Origin: Chloroflexota bacterium
GTDB lineage: Bacteria > Chloroflexota > Dehalococcoidia > Lucifugimonadales > GCA-2722455
Direction: 5' to 3'
DNA: 64,000 nt
NCBI GenBank assembly: GCA_002722455.1
Contig: PBMB01000019.1
Location: forward strand, 16,306 to 80,305
Part shown: positions 49,671 through 59,051 of the stretch, in pieces
How the letters are laid out: every line of letters starts with the position of its first letter
Position numbering within the stretch: the stretch's first letter is position 1
The notes under the pieces: model-generated
The model's database searches: none
Told to the model about the DNA's origin: nothing
Seen by the model: the letters and a program-made list of their open reading frames with translations, nothing else
Made by a program: the position numbers and the translations under genes

Positions 49671-50120
49671 ATGATTTTTTATCGAATTGAATGCAATGGT
49701 TTAGGTCTTTATGATTCAGGTTGTGGTCATAGAGCGCAAGACTTAACAACTGCAGAACATTCTATTTCTCAGCAATCACCTGAAAGAGCTTTTCCCGACA
49801 TCTTCAATTATTTGAATGATGATCGCAAAAACTATTACTTTGCATTCCCTACCATTGAAGCAATTTATGAATGGTTCAACACTGTTGAATCTATTGCATA
49901 TCTTGAGTTTAGAGAATGTGAAATTTTGAAATATGAAATTGATGGTGATTATCATATTTCTGGCAATCAGCTTATCTATCGCAAAGGAAAAGAAACATTT
50001 ATTGAAAAAGTGCCTTTTTCTTATGATAATCTGGAAAAACTTACACACATTAAAATCCATATTCCTTATAAATTTCGAAATTACCTTATCGAAAACAACT
50101 TAACAGAGTATTCATTATGA
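49671..50120 (+). CDS. Phage-type hypothetical protein
   Basis: FYRIE..GLGLY...FAFPTIEAIYEWF pattern recalled from large-phage hypotheticals. Confidence 0.55.
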   Translation: MIFYRIECNGLGLYDSGCGHRAQDLTTAEHSISQQSPERAFPDIFNYLNDDRKNYYFAFPTIEAIYEWFNTVESIAYLEFRECEILKYEIDGDYHISGNQLIYRKGKETFIEKVPFSYDNLEKLTHIKIHIPYKFRNYLIENNLTEYSL

Positions 50121-50533
50121 ATGAAATTGAAAAATTCCTAAAAGAACAAAACTTACCAAGCGACATTGAAAACGCTATCACCAAAGAATTTATCACTCGA
50201 TTTTTTATAGATAATCCAGAAGAGTTTTCAAAGATTTCTCAGCGAGTTTTCAATCAACAAACACAAAAGATTAAAGACTTGGAACAGAAGCAAAAACAGA
50301 CGCATGTTGCTTTAATGCCTGTCATTTCAATGTGCATGTTTGGCAATCAAAATTCAACAAACGTTTCATCGTTCCGTGGTCTTCTTGGTGATCGTAAAAC
50401 AGAAGATCGAGTTGACGAAAATATGGAAAAAGTATTTCAACACTTAACTGTTGATAAAAAAATTGTTTTAAAATTGCGTGAAGATGGGGGATTAGACGTT
50501 CCAGATTCACTCAGAGAAGAAACAGAAGAGTAA
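50117..50533 (+). CDS. Hypothetical protein
   Basis: ATGA overlap with the previous gene. Confidence 0.6.
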   Translation: MNEIEKFLKEQNLPSDIENAITKEFITRFFIDNPEEFSKISQRVFNQQTQKIKDLEQKQKQTHVALMPVISMCMFGNQNSTNVSSFRGLLGDRKTEDRVDENMEKVFQHLTVDKKIVLKLREDGGLDVPDSLREETEE

Positions 50534-50655
50534 CTGATTGATTTTAAATAGATAATTTTATTTAAAAAGTCACATTATTGTGGCTTTTTTTATTGATTTT
50601 TGATTTGTTTTATTGTATAATTAAGCCATAGATTAAATGATTAGGTTGAAACTAA

Positions 50656-51159
50656 ATGGAGGTAAAAATGACTTTAAAAAAACTTTTTTTGATTATCGTT
50701 TTGATTGTTTCTGCTCTATTGGTATGGTTTCTTGATAAACCCCTTGCAGTAGCTACTAATGGACTGCCTTTTCAATTAGAAAAAGAAATTGATTTTGAAC
50801 ATCGTGGGGAATACATTCAAATATCCGAGTATGCCCAAAAAGCAGGGTATGACTTAGGCATTCGTTTTATTCCTGACGAAAATTTAGTTGGTGATTATAA
50901 CTATGACGATTATTTCATTTTATATCAAAAAGATGAGATGCCGTCTAATATTGTAACTAGAAGAGTGTTTGACTCCATTGAGGAATGTCAAAAAAATGCT
51001 GAAAAAGTCTTTAATATTTTAAATAAAGACGAGATTTACGAAGAAAAAGCAAATGGTTCAGTCCTAACAAACAGAACCGAGAGCATTCAATGGTCTTGTC
51101 ACCAAAGTATTAAAGAAAAAAACAAATTTCAACAATATATAAACTACTACTTAAATTAA
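50656..51159 (+). CDS. Membrane-anchored/secreted protein
   Basis: N-terminal TM; GGAGG RBS. Confidence 0.65.
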   Translation: MEVKMTLKKLFLIIVLIVSALLVWFLDKPLAVATNGLPFQLEKEIDFEHRGEYIQISEYAQKAGYDLGIRFIPDENLVGDYNYDDYFILYQKDEMPSNIVTRRVFDSIEECQKNAEKVFNILNKDEIYEEKANGSVLTNRTESIQWSCHQSIKEKNKFQQYINYYLN

Positions 51160-51164
51160 AAAAA

Positions 51165-51199
51165 TAAACCTTGCTTTTTAAGCAGGGTTTTTTTATAAT
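51165..51199 (+). promoter_or_regulatory. Fused terminator/sigma70 promoter
   Basis: AAACCTTGCTT-TTT-AAGCAGGGTTT; -35 51171, 17 bp, TATAAT 51194. Confidence 0.8.
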
Positions 51200-51234
51200 A
51201 AATATATCCTACATTTAGCAACTAAAGGTTTATT

Positions 51235-51804
51235 ATGAGCAAGAAATCTCGTCTTTTTGCCGACAAAAAACATCAAGAAGCAGGAACGCTATTTAACGGC
51301 AAAAGATACCGTGTTCATACTGATGGCGTTGCTAACATTGTTAAAAACACAATTATCACTTACCCGTCATACGTAGACAGAATGCAACTATTAACCTATT
51401 CTGTTGAAACTGCCGATTTACACGATACACTTGAAGATACAGACACTACATTTGAAGAACTTGTTTCAGAATTTGGTGAAGTCGTTGCTAAGTCTGTTGA
51501 TAACGTAACTGATATTGACGCAGAAAATCGTGAAGAACGTAAAAGACTTACCATTCAAAGATTTGCTCATTTTGAAGTAAGTGTTCTATCCGAACTTATT
51601 GCATTGATTGTAAAACCTGCTGATCGCTACCATAACTGGTACACAGCTATCAAGCTAAACCAGAAAAAATACATTAAAATGTATTACCGTGAATATCCTA
51701 TATTCAAGCTTTCTGTCTACCGTCCTGATTTGGTCGAAAAGCTATGGAGCGACTTAGACGAACTTGATTTATATGTTCGAAAGAACTACAATTTTACTCG
51801 ATAA
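51235..51804 (+). CDS. HD-domain hydrolase, RelA/SpoT/Mesh1 small-alarmone-hydrolase-like
   Basis: FA.KKH..G..YRVH..GVA, LHDTLEDT..TFEEL..EFG..VA..V..VTD, IVKPADRYHN. Confidence 0.85.
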   Translation: MSKKSRLFADKKHQEAGTLFNGKRYRVHTDGVANIVKNTIITYPSYVDRMQLLTYSVETADLHDTLEDTDTTFEELVSEFGEVVAKSVDNVTDIDAENREERKRLTIQRFAHFEVSVLSELIALIVKPADRYHNWYTAIKLNQKKYIKMYYREYPIFKLSVYRPDLVEKLWSDLDELDLYVRKNYNFTR

Positions 51805-51920
51805 TTAGATTTATTTTAAAAAAGGCTATTTTTATAGTCTTTTTTATTGACCTTTATTAATAATTCTAGTATTATTTATGCAAATTAAAATATATTTTGT
51901 AAACAACAAAGGTAAATACC

Positions 51921-52445
51921 ATGTCAAAACAAGCTAAACAATTCGCTATTGCTAAATCGTCAAATGGCACAATTGGTCTAATTACTTCAAAAGAAATGGT
52001 AGACCATACTTACCCAGATCAAACAGAACCGACTCAGGTTTGGAAAGGCGTTATCATCCAACCTAATACATTTACGGGACGTAATGGCTCGATCATCGAA
52101 GCAAAAGCAGGTGGTCTATGGACTTCTTCTAACCCAGAAGTTATTGGCTATGCCGACCCTGAAATGATTGCACAGCTTGTGCAAGACTCTAATGAAGTTC
52201 AGCAGTTCTCTATCGCTAAATCATCAAATGGCACTGTCGGTCTAATCACTTCAAAAGAAATGGTAGATCATATCTATCCTGACAAAGAAGAAGCAACTAA
52301 GGTCTGGAAAGGTGTTATCATTCAGCCTAATACCTTCACTGTTGGCGAAGACAAGGTTATTGAAGCAAAAGCGGGTGGTCTATGGACTTCTTCAAATCCA
52401 CAAGTCGTTGGTCATATTGATCCTGCAATGATTGAAGCTGCTTAA
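51921..52445 (+). CDS. Tandem two-domain hypothetical protein
   Basis: Two near-identical ~85-aa units QFxIAKSSNGTxGLITSKEMVDH...GGLWTSSNP. Confidence 0.75.
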   Translation: MSKQAKQFAIAKSSNGTIGLITSKEMVDHTYPDQTEPTQVWKGVIIQPNTFTGRNGSIIEAKAGGLWTSSNPEVIGYADPEMIAQLVQDSNEVQQFSIAKSSNGTVGLITSKEMVDHIYPDKEEATKVWKGVIIQPNTFTVGEDKVIEAKAGGLWTSSNPQVVGHIDPAMIEAA

Positions 52446-52470
52446 AAATAACTTGTTTTAAAAACAAATA

Positions 52471-52505
52471 AAAACCTTGCTTTCATAGCAGGGTTTTTTT
52501 ATAAT
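52471..52505 (+). promoter_or_regulatory. Fused terminator/sigma70 promoter
   Basis: AAAACCTTGCT..AGCAGGGTTTT; -35 52477, 17 bp, TATAAT 52500. Confidence 0.8.
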
Positions 52506-52534
52506 AGTCGTATCATAAATAACAAGGTTTTAAA

Positions 52535-52876
52535 ATGAAAAATTTATCAGTTTCTATTAAAGGCACTTATGAAAGTTGTGACCGTAGACGCTTATTCGTT
52601 TATCTCGAAAACGCTGATATGTCGAATATTGATAATGTTCCTTGTTATGCAGGTGAGCATCTTAGAGATGCTATCCAACAAGTTTTTCAACTTGCCGACT
52701 TTTTTGAGCTAGAACGACCTAGCCTTGATCACTTAATCTCTGACCGTCTTTTTTCAAAAGACGAAATCAATTCTGCAATTGAAGACGTTAGCGGAATGAT
52801 TGAAATGTTTGAACGCAACAAACAAATGAGAATTGAAATGAAAAAAGAAAGTAAGAAACAATCAACTTCTAAATAA
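52535..52876 (+). CDS. Hypothetical protein
   Basis: ORF. Confidence 0.6.
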   Translation: MKNLSVSIKGTYESCDRRRLFVYLENADMSNIDNVPCYAGEHLRDAIQQVFQLADFFELERPSLDHLISDRLFSKDEINSAIEDVSGMIEMFERNKQMRIEMKKESKKQSTSK

Positions 52877-52980
52877 TTTGTTTTAAAAATAGTAAAATAA
52901 ACCTTGTTTTTTAATTTTTGTTTTGCTATTATATATTCTCAGTCAGGGCATTCACCACTATCTAAGCAAAGGGCAAGATT

Positions 52981-53526
52981 ATGACTAACGCACAAAAAGA
53001 ATTGGTTTCTCTAATTAACTCTCTAAACAACGCTAACAACGTTGAGGGTTCTTTATGGTTTCAAGCTTTGTCTACTGATCTAGCTTACTGGGCTAAGTTT
53101 GGTGTGGAAACTGTTAAAGATTTCCAAGCAAAAGCGGCTGCTTTTGCCGAGCATCTTGATGCTATGGCTAAAAAACAAGAGGTAGAAAATGTTTCTATTG
53201 GTCTTGTTACTGACCTAGAACACTGGAATGTTCGTGGTATCCAAACTGTTGAGCAATTGGATCATTACCTAGCTCAATCAACCCACTATGACCTTTACAA
53301 AGAGGTTAATGGGATTCGTCCACGTTGGTTTAAGTATGACGAAATGACCACGGAAGAAATCGAAAAGGAAATCGACTCTCTTTGTAACCAAATGGAGAAA
53401 GAAGAACAATGGCAAAAGGAAATTGAAGAAGCGGAGCAAAAGGAACACGAAGAACGTAAAGCTCGTAATGCTTATCAGCCTAACTTGGCTTTGAGTGGCT
53501 TAAAAGATTTAATGGACAAGCAATAG
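52981..53526 (+). CDS. Phage-type conserved hypothetical protein
   Basis: Repeated TDLxxW..GxxTV and YDLYKEVNGIRPRW motif recalled from large myoviruses. Confidence 0.7.
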   Translation: MTNAQKELVSLINSLNNANNVEGSLWFQALSTDLAYWAKFGVETVKDFQAKAAAFAEHLDAMAKKQEVENVSIGLVTDLEHWNVRGIQTVEQLDHYLAQSTHYDLYKEVNGIRPRWFKYDEMTTEEIEKEIDSLCNQMEKEEQWQKEIEEAEQKEHEERKARNAYQPNLALSGLKDLMDKQ

Positions 53527-53588
53527 CTTGTCCTTTTAAAAAGTCCTTTCTCATTTTACTTCAAATCATAGATTAATCGAGAATAATC

Positions 53589-54137
53589 ATGAAAAAAAAC
53601 AAAATCGATCTGATTAAGTTTCATCGAAATGCTATTTTTAAAAATGCAGCTAAAACATTTAAACCAAGTATTCGCAACGAGTTTATGCGTATCACTCAAA
53701 TTATGTTAAATGAAAACCCTACTCTTTGGTTGAAGATTTTTGAATTTGAAACAATGAATCTAAATCGAAAAGAACTAGGCGAATTTCATAGTCAGGTTAA
53801 TGAACTTCGAAAAAACCTTAGAATCAAAGATCACTACCCTATTCTTACAACAGAGCAAGAAGAGCGAATTTATAAAGAGTTCTATTTCAGTTGTTTTATT
53901 CGAGACGAAGCGAACTCAAAATCTGCTTGTCTTACTACTTTGCGTGATGTTTCCTATCGTTATGACTTTCAATATTTCCCTGTTGAAAAGATTCAAAATC
54001 TGCATTACTTGCGCAGGAACATTCATGCAGAAAAGAAGATTCGTAAACACCTTAACAATCTTCTGAAAATTTTGCCTAAAATGATTGTTAGTGAAATAAA
54101 CAAAATTGACGCAAAAAAACATAATGTGGCTGTTTAA
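53589..54137 (+). CDS. Hypothetical protein
   Basis: ORF. Confidence 0.6.
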   Translation: MKKNKIDLIKFHRNAIFKNAAKTFKPSIRNEFMRITQIMLNENPTLWLKIFEFETMNLNRKELGEFHSQVNELRKNLRIKDHYPILTTEQEERIYKEFYFSCFIRDEANSKSACLTTLRDVSYRYDFQYFPVEKIQNLHYLRRNIHAEKKIRKHLNNLLKILPKMIVSEINKIDAKKHNVAV

Positions 54138-54171
54138 TACAGCCTTAAACACACGTTAAAAGGTTTTTGTT

Positions 54172-54441
54172 GTGAATCAGATTGATATTGCTAATCCACT
54201 TAATGCGGCTTTAATTGAAGATGCTGAAAGCGTTTCTAACACTCTTAATCAATCTGGTTCTGAACCTTTTTCATTTCTTGCTTTGCTTGTTCTTTTAATT
54301 TGTGTTGCTCCTGTCCTATTTTTCTTCTTTCGTTCTCTTGGTAGCGACACAAAAAACAATTCAACCCCATTGCACCTACCCGATAGTTTCCTTAAAAACT
54401 TAAAAATTAACGATATTCGTTTTAAAAACAAAAAAAAGTAA
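54172..54441 (+). CDS. Single-TM protein
   Basis: GTG start behind AAGG; central TM. Confidence 0.55.
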   Translation: MNQIDIANPLNAALIEDAESVSNTLNQSGSEPFSFLALLVLLICVAPVLFFFFRSLGSDTKNNSTPLHLPDSFLKNLKINDIRFKNKKK

Positions 54442-54513
54442 ATTACCATTATACTTCTCTTACTTGTTTTGATATAATATCTCTATCTTATAAAAGACAG
54501 AGAGAGTTTTGTT

Positions 54514-54852
54514 ATGTCAGAATTGATTAAACATGAAAACGGTGGTCATTCTTTTTCAATCCCTAAAAGTGCAGTTGAAAAATTAGGTTCTCAACTTGTC
54601 CTTATCAACCTAGATCGAATTAAAAACTATTTTGAGACTATGGTTAAACACTATCCTGTTAAAGCCGAAAATCTTCCTGCTCTTAAAGACTATGCTAATA
54701 TTCAAAGTGAAACATTGCCTAACACGTATGTAGTTTGTTCAGAGACAGATTTTAAGGTATTTATTGACGGAATAAAAAACAATGTCGATTTGATCACTCG
54801 TAATGATTATTTGGCGAACAACAAAATTAATTCATACCACTTTGAGGTTTAA
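54514..54852 (+). CDS. Hypothetical protein
   Basis: ORF. Confidence 0.6.
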   Translation: MSELIKHENGGHSFSIPKSAVEKLGSQLVLINLDRIKNYFETMVKHYPVKAENLPALKDYANIQSETLPNTYVVCSETDFKVFIDGIKNNVDLITRNDYLANNKINSYHFEV

Positions 54853-54853
54853 A

Positions 54854-55261
54854 ATGGATATTCGAAAAGCAAATGAACTACTGGCTTCTATGATTAAAGA
54901 TATCTATGAAGACCATGACGGAAAACTTTCAAAGAAGACTGGTTTAAAAGCAATGAATCTTGTTGCTACAAGCCCAGAGATTCAACGTTTGATTAATATT
55001 GGTAATTATCCTGCATTTCGCAAACAAATCATTGCAGAGCTTAATGAGCAATCTGCAGAACTTAAAGAATCAAATGTTGTTTTTGCTGATTTACTTCGTG
55101 ACCTATACACTAGTCGAACTGGTCGCTGTAAAAAATCAACTGCTAAAAAAGTTATGGTTTTTATGGAAAATAATTCAGATTTTCAACACCTTGCCAATAT
55201 CGGAAATTACGAAAAACTAGAAACTCAGATTTCCGAAGATTTAAACAAAAAAGTTGCTTAA
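54854..55261 (+). CDS. Two-repeat helical protein
   Basis: Two units ending QxLxNIGNY..QI..LN. Confidence 0.65.
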   Translation: MDIRKANELLASMIKDIYEDHDGKLSKKTGLKAMNLVATSPEIQRLINIGNYPAFRKQIIAELNEQSAELKESNVVFADLLRDLYTSRTGRCKKSTAKKVMVFMENNSDFQHLANIGNYEKLETQISEDLNKKVA

Positions 55262-55279
55262 TTTTTGTTTTTTTAAAAC

Positions 55280-55315
55280 AAACCCCTTGCTATCCTAGTT
55301 AGGGGTTGCTATAAT
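55280..55315 (+). promoter_or_regulatory. Hairpin-embedded sigma70 promoter
   Basis: AACCCCT..AGGGGTT; -35 TTGCTA 55287, 17 bp, TATAAT 55310. Confidence 0.7.
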
Positions 55316-55372
55316 TACCACTCACTTGCAAAGACATTCTTTGTTAATTATCAAGCAAATTGGACGTTTATT

Positions 55373-56011
55373 ATGACTAGCCTATTTCACGTTGTTAAAT
55401 TTGAAGAAATTCCTTACGAAAAATTTGATCACGCAGTTGTTTGCACAACTCTTGATCTAGATAGTGCTATTGAAAAAGCGGAAGAAGTGCTTGAAAAAGA
55501 TATCTTTGATAAGTTTGGATACCGAGCAGAAGAAGAATCTGGTGTTTACATCGCTGATTTTAGACGTATCGCTGAATATGCTTCAAAAGAGATTTTTAAG
55601 CGTAAAAGGTGTTATGGTAATGAGCAAAATGTATTCATTCTTGAAGTGAAAGCAGGAGAACTTATTTCACTGCCGACTTTAACACATGAAAACAAAGGTG
55701 TTATTTGGCAAGCAAACGACGAAACGTTGTTTAAAATCTTCAACAAACACCTTGACCTTATTATGGTTCGAGACAATCTTGATATGCTTCCTAAATCTGA
55801 AAAAACGATTCTTTGGGAGCAATTCAAGAAAGAAAAAAGCCTTCTTTCCAATGTTAGCCCTACATTGGAGCGTTTAAAGGCTCTTGGTTGTAAAAATCGT
55901 CGCCTTTCTGTTAAGAACAAGCTTGAACTTAATATGAATGGTGCTGATATTTGGGCTATGACTTCAATCAACAAGCAAGAAGAAATGCTTTATCAAACCT
56001 ATGAAGCGTAA
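55373..56011 (+). CDS. Hypothetical protein
   Basis: ORF. Confidence 0.65.
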   Translation: MTSLFHVVKFEEIPYEKFDHAVVCTTLDLDSAIEKAEEVLEKDIFDKFGYRAEEESGVYIADFRRIAEYASKEIFKRKRCYGNEQNVFILEVKAGELISLPTLTHENKGVIWQANDETLFKIFNKHLDLIMVRDNLDMLPKSEKTILWEQFKKEKSLLSNVSPTLERLKALGCKNRRLSVKNKLELNMNGADIWAMTSINKQEEMLYQTYEA

Positions 56012-56038
56012 TTAAAATCAAAAAAAAGATAACAAAAA

Positions 56039-56096
56039 GCACAATTCATCCCCGCCCTAGAAACGGGCGAGGGTTTCTTGTGGTTTATTCGCTAAA
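56039..56096 (-). mobile_element. Orphan IS200/IS605-like terminal hairpin
   Basis: CAATTCATCCCCGCCCTAGAAACGGGCGAGGGTTTCTTG resembles IS605/IS1341-group end palindromes; no tnpA/tnpB nearby. Confidence 0.55.
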
Positions 56097-56247
56097 ATCA
56101 TAAAATCCCTTTCAAATCTGGAGCCTTTTTGGGTTCAAGATAAACTTAAAAAAGGTGCAAAATACAAAGGAAATATTGCTTAATCACTTCACTTTTTAGT
56201 TATTTTTATTTATAATATAGGCACTTAACCAATGAGAGGAAATTTCA

Positions 56248-56463
56248 ATGTCTCTAAATACTTGTCCTTGTGGTAATGAAACAAAAAACAACTATATGTG
56301 TTCTCCTTGTATTGAGGATTCTTTTCCCGCTTATCTTGCCGACGAAAATGGCAACGAAATGACAATTGAGGAAGTTATGGCAAACTCCGTTGTCGTTGAC
56401 GAACAACCTTCAACTAATGATACAGAGGCTTCTTCGGAAGCCTCTAATCCTTCAGCCTTTTAG
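56248..56463 (+). CDS. Small Cys-rich acidic protein
   Basis: CPC..CSPC; GAGG RBS. Confidence 0.6.
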   Translation: MSLNTCPCGNETKNNYMCSPCIEDSFPAYLADENGNEMTIEEVMANSVVVDEQPSTNDTEASSEASNPSAF

Positions 56464-56533
56464 TAATATTTTCAAATCAACTTGATAAATCTAAATTTTT
56501 GTTTTAATATCGCAAAAAAAGGAATTATCAAAA

Positions 56534-57130
56534 ATGCAAGAAAACAACTCTGATTTTATTAATTATCCACTTTTAATTGAGAAGGTTAAACGCTCTTTCT
56601 TACGAAAAAAAATCAATGTAAATCATTTTAATTATCTTGATAAAAGAACTGTTCGATCTGCTTTATTTGATTATTTCCTTAAATATCATAGCTTAGACAT
56701 TTATGTTAACAAAGTTAACACAAATAATCCTTTCTGCATTAATAATTTACATAAATCCAGTGAATATGCTGTCTTATGGTATTTTGCACACTATTCTTTC
56801 TCTGATATTTATCCTGAAACCATTGACGTAACTAGTGGCGAAGAAAAAGACGAACTGCATTACTATTTAGATAATATTTCTGATTTTAATGGCTTCCTTA
56901 ACTCTTATGAATCCCTTCTTGATATGAAAAAAATCAAAGATCACTGTTTTGCAAATGGCTTTAAAAATTTACAAGAACAATATTCTGAGATTCAAAAGGA
57001 TATGAATGAAGAATTCAAAGAGTATTATTACTGGTTTTTCATTTGTTTCTCTAAATCAATCGCTTCGAAAGTGCCAAAGCAAATAAAAAAAGAAGCGTCC
57101 GAAATGGTTTTTTTACTTTCAAAGTCTTGA
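56534..57130 (+). CDS. Hypothetical protein
   Basis: ORF. Confidence 0.6.
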   Translation: MQENNSDFINYPLLIEKVKRSFLRKKINVNHFNYLDKRTVRSALFDYFLKYHSLDIYVNKVNTNNPFCINNLHKSSEYAVLWYFAHYSFSDIYPETIDVTSGEEKDELHYYLDNISDFNGFLNSYESLLDMKKIKDHCFANGFKNLQEQYSEIQKDMNEEFKEYYYWFFICFSKSIASKVPKQIKKEASEMVFLLSKS

Positions 57131-57294
57131 TTCTAAAGGGTTTATTGAAAACTTCCTTTTTTTTCGAAAAAAAAGACAAAAAATGGTTTCTTTTTCTTGC
57201 TTTTTAAAAATAGGCTTGCTATTATATATCCATAGTCAAGGGGGCAACAACGAAACGCTTCCAAATCAATCACTTAAATAGAGAGAACTTCACT

Positions 57295-57780
57295 ATGACA
57301 GCTACTAAAACTACTTCAACTCGTGGTCGTAAATTCAACAAATCAAAATATGCTATCACTCGTGCTTGGGAAATCGCTCGAAACGCAGAAGTAGCGCATA
57401 ACACTAACCCAGTAGACGTTGCTCAACGTGGTCTAGTTAAAGCGTCAGAATATTTCGCTATTGCCCTAAAAGAAGCTTGGAAAGAAGCACGTCAAAAAGC
57501 GGCTAAACTTGAAAACATTGAAATGTATGTTCTTCATAAAGTGCCTAAGAAGAACCAGAAAAAGATTCTTAACGCTATCGACATGCTAATCGAAACAAAA
57601 GCGTCAATTGGTGAAACTCCAACAAACCAAATGATTGCGGAAACTGTTTTCCAAGCACGATACACTACACCGTCAGCTATCAGCTCACACCGTCATATCC
57701 GTGATTCAATCGCAGAAGTGGCAGCAACAAAAGAGCTATCAGAAGCGGTAATCGGTGAGTCTACTTACTCAGTAGCATAA
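57295..57780 (+). CDS. Phage-type hypothetical protein, probably highly expressed
   Basis: RAWEIAR..FAIALKEAWKEAR motif; biased codons (CGT, GCT, ATC); AGTCAAGG-class promoter. Confidence 0.7.
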   Translation: MTATKTTSTRGRKFNKSKYAITRAWEIARNAEVAHNTNPVDVAQRGLVKASEYFAIALKEAWKEARQKAAKLENIEMYVLHKVPKKNQKKILNAIDMLIETKASIGETPTNQMIAETVFQARYTTPSAISSHRHIRDSIAEVAATKELSEAVIGESTYSVA

Positions 57781-57907
57781 AACCAAATTAAAGAAAAAGC
57801 CCTTGCATTGCAGGGGCTTTTTTTTGCTTTTAAAAAACAAAATTGCCTGGTTTTTAATCGGATATGCTACTATAATACTATTAGAAACTAACGGAAAGGT
57901 TAAAATT

Positions 57908-58189
57908 ATGAACACTAAGGCAAGAAAAGAAACTATCATTAATATTCATAGAGATTTAAACGCTACTCTGTCAAGCTATAAAGTCACTATTTTATTTACA
58001 TTTATCTTTATTTCTGTTCATACATTATTTTCTTTGTCTTTTAGTAATGAAAATACGTTTGGTTATGAAATTGCTGCTAGAAATTTAATGATCATTGCCT
58101 TTGGTTTTTTCAATCTATTTATATGTTTCTTAAATGCTGCCACGCACAAAGAAAATCTAAAAAACAACATCGATTTACTTTTGAAATAA
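57908..58189 (+). CDS. Two-TM protein
   Basis: Start behind AAGGTT RBS. Confidence 0.6.
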   Translation: MNTKARKETIINIHRDLNATLSSYKVTILFTFIFISVHTLFSLSFSNENTFGYEIAARNLMIIAFGFFNLFICFLNAATHKENLKNNIDLLLK

Positions 58190-58201
58190 CAAGGTTAAAA
58201 T

Positions 58202-58501
58202 ATGCTTCTATTTACTCTTAGCGAAACAAATGTAAAACATGAACTTTATCGAAACTATGATTGTTTTAAAAAAGCAAAGAAAAAACTAAATTCTTTTCTG
58301 AGCTTTTACATTTCCTTTATCATTGTCTGTTTCTCGGTTTTAACGGCTGTTGAGGCTCAACCCGTTACATTTGCTATTGCTTTTGTGTTTGCGTTTTTAG
58401 GTTTAATGTTCCTTTTCCCTATTCAACAAGTGTATATGATTAGAAAAGAAAACCTGAATGATTCTGTCGATTATTTTAAGGTCTTGTTAAAACATTCTTA
58501 A
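58202..58501 (+). CDS. Two-TM protein (likely paralogue of the previous gene)
   Basis: Shared KENLxxxxD tail after the second TM. Confidence 0.6.
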   Translation: MLLFTLSETNVKHELYRNYDCFKKAKKKLNSFLSFYISFIIVCFSVLTAVEAQPVTFAIAFVFAFLGLMFLFPIQQVYMIRKENLNDSVDYFKVLLKHS

Positions 58502-58517
58502 TAACGCAGAGGTCATT

Positions 58518-58712
58518 ATGGGTAGAGTTTCTAGCAAAAAGGCAAGACATATAATGTGTAATGCTTGGAATGCTTCAACAAATGATTGCATAGCTCATGT
58601 GGTTCGTGGTAAAATAGTGTTCAACTTTGGGTTAGACGAAAGAATCCCATATAACTATGTTGTCACCGATCCCGTTTCTTTAATAGGCGAAAAATTAAAG
58701 GTTAAAAAATGA
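58518..58712 (+). CDS. Small hypothetical protein
   Basis: GAGG RBS. Confidence 0.55.
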   Translation: MGRVSSKKARHIMCNAWNASTNDCIAHVVRGKIVFNFGLDERIPYNYVVTDPVSLIGEKLKVKK

Positions 58713-58957
58713 AATATTTAGTTCACTTCATTACCAACGAAAAAGCACAACTTGGCGAAAATCGCTATGCCAATGCTGTAATTACTGCCCCTACAAAAGA
58801 ACAGGCTATTAAACAGGCTTCATTTCGTCCACATTTTAAAGAAGCTTTCTTAGTCGTTGTTAAGCACCATAGTCGAATTGAAAAAGTTATTGACGCTATG
58901 GTTGCTAAATATGGACACCATGACGGAATCCATGACATTCGAAAAGAAACAGCTTAA
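58709..58957 (+). CDS. Small hypothetical protein
   Basis: ATGA overlap. Confidence 0.6.
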   Translation: MKYLVHFITNEKAQLGENRYANAVITAPTKEQAIKQASFRPHFKEAFLVVVKHHSRIEKVIDAMVAKYGHHDGIHDIRKETA

Positions 58958-59051
58958 ATTATTTAAAAAAAGACCTTTTCTAAGGTCTTTTTTTGTTTTA
59001 TTGTTTTATTTTTGCTATAATTAAGTCCTACCAATTAATCAGGATAGAACA

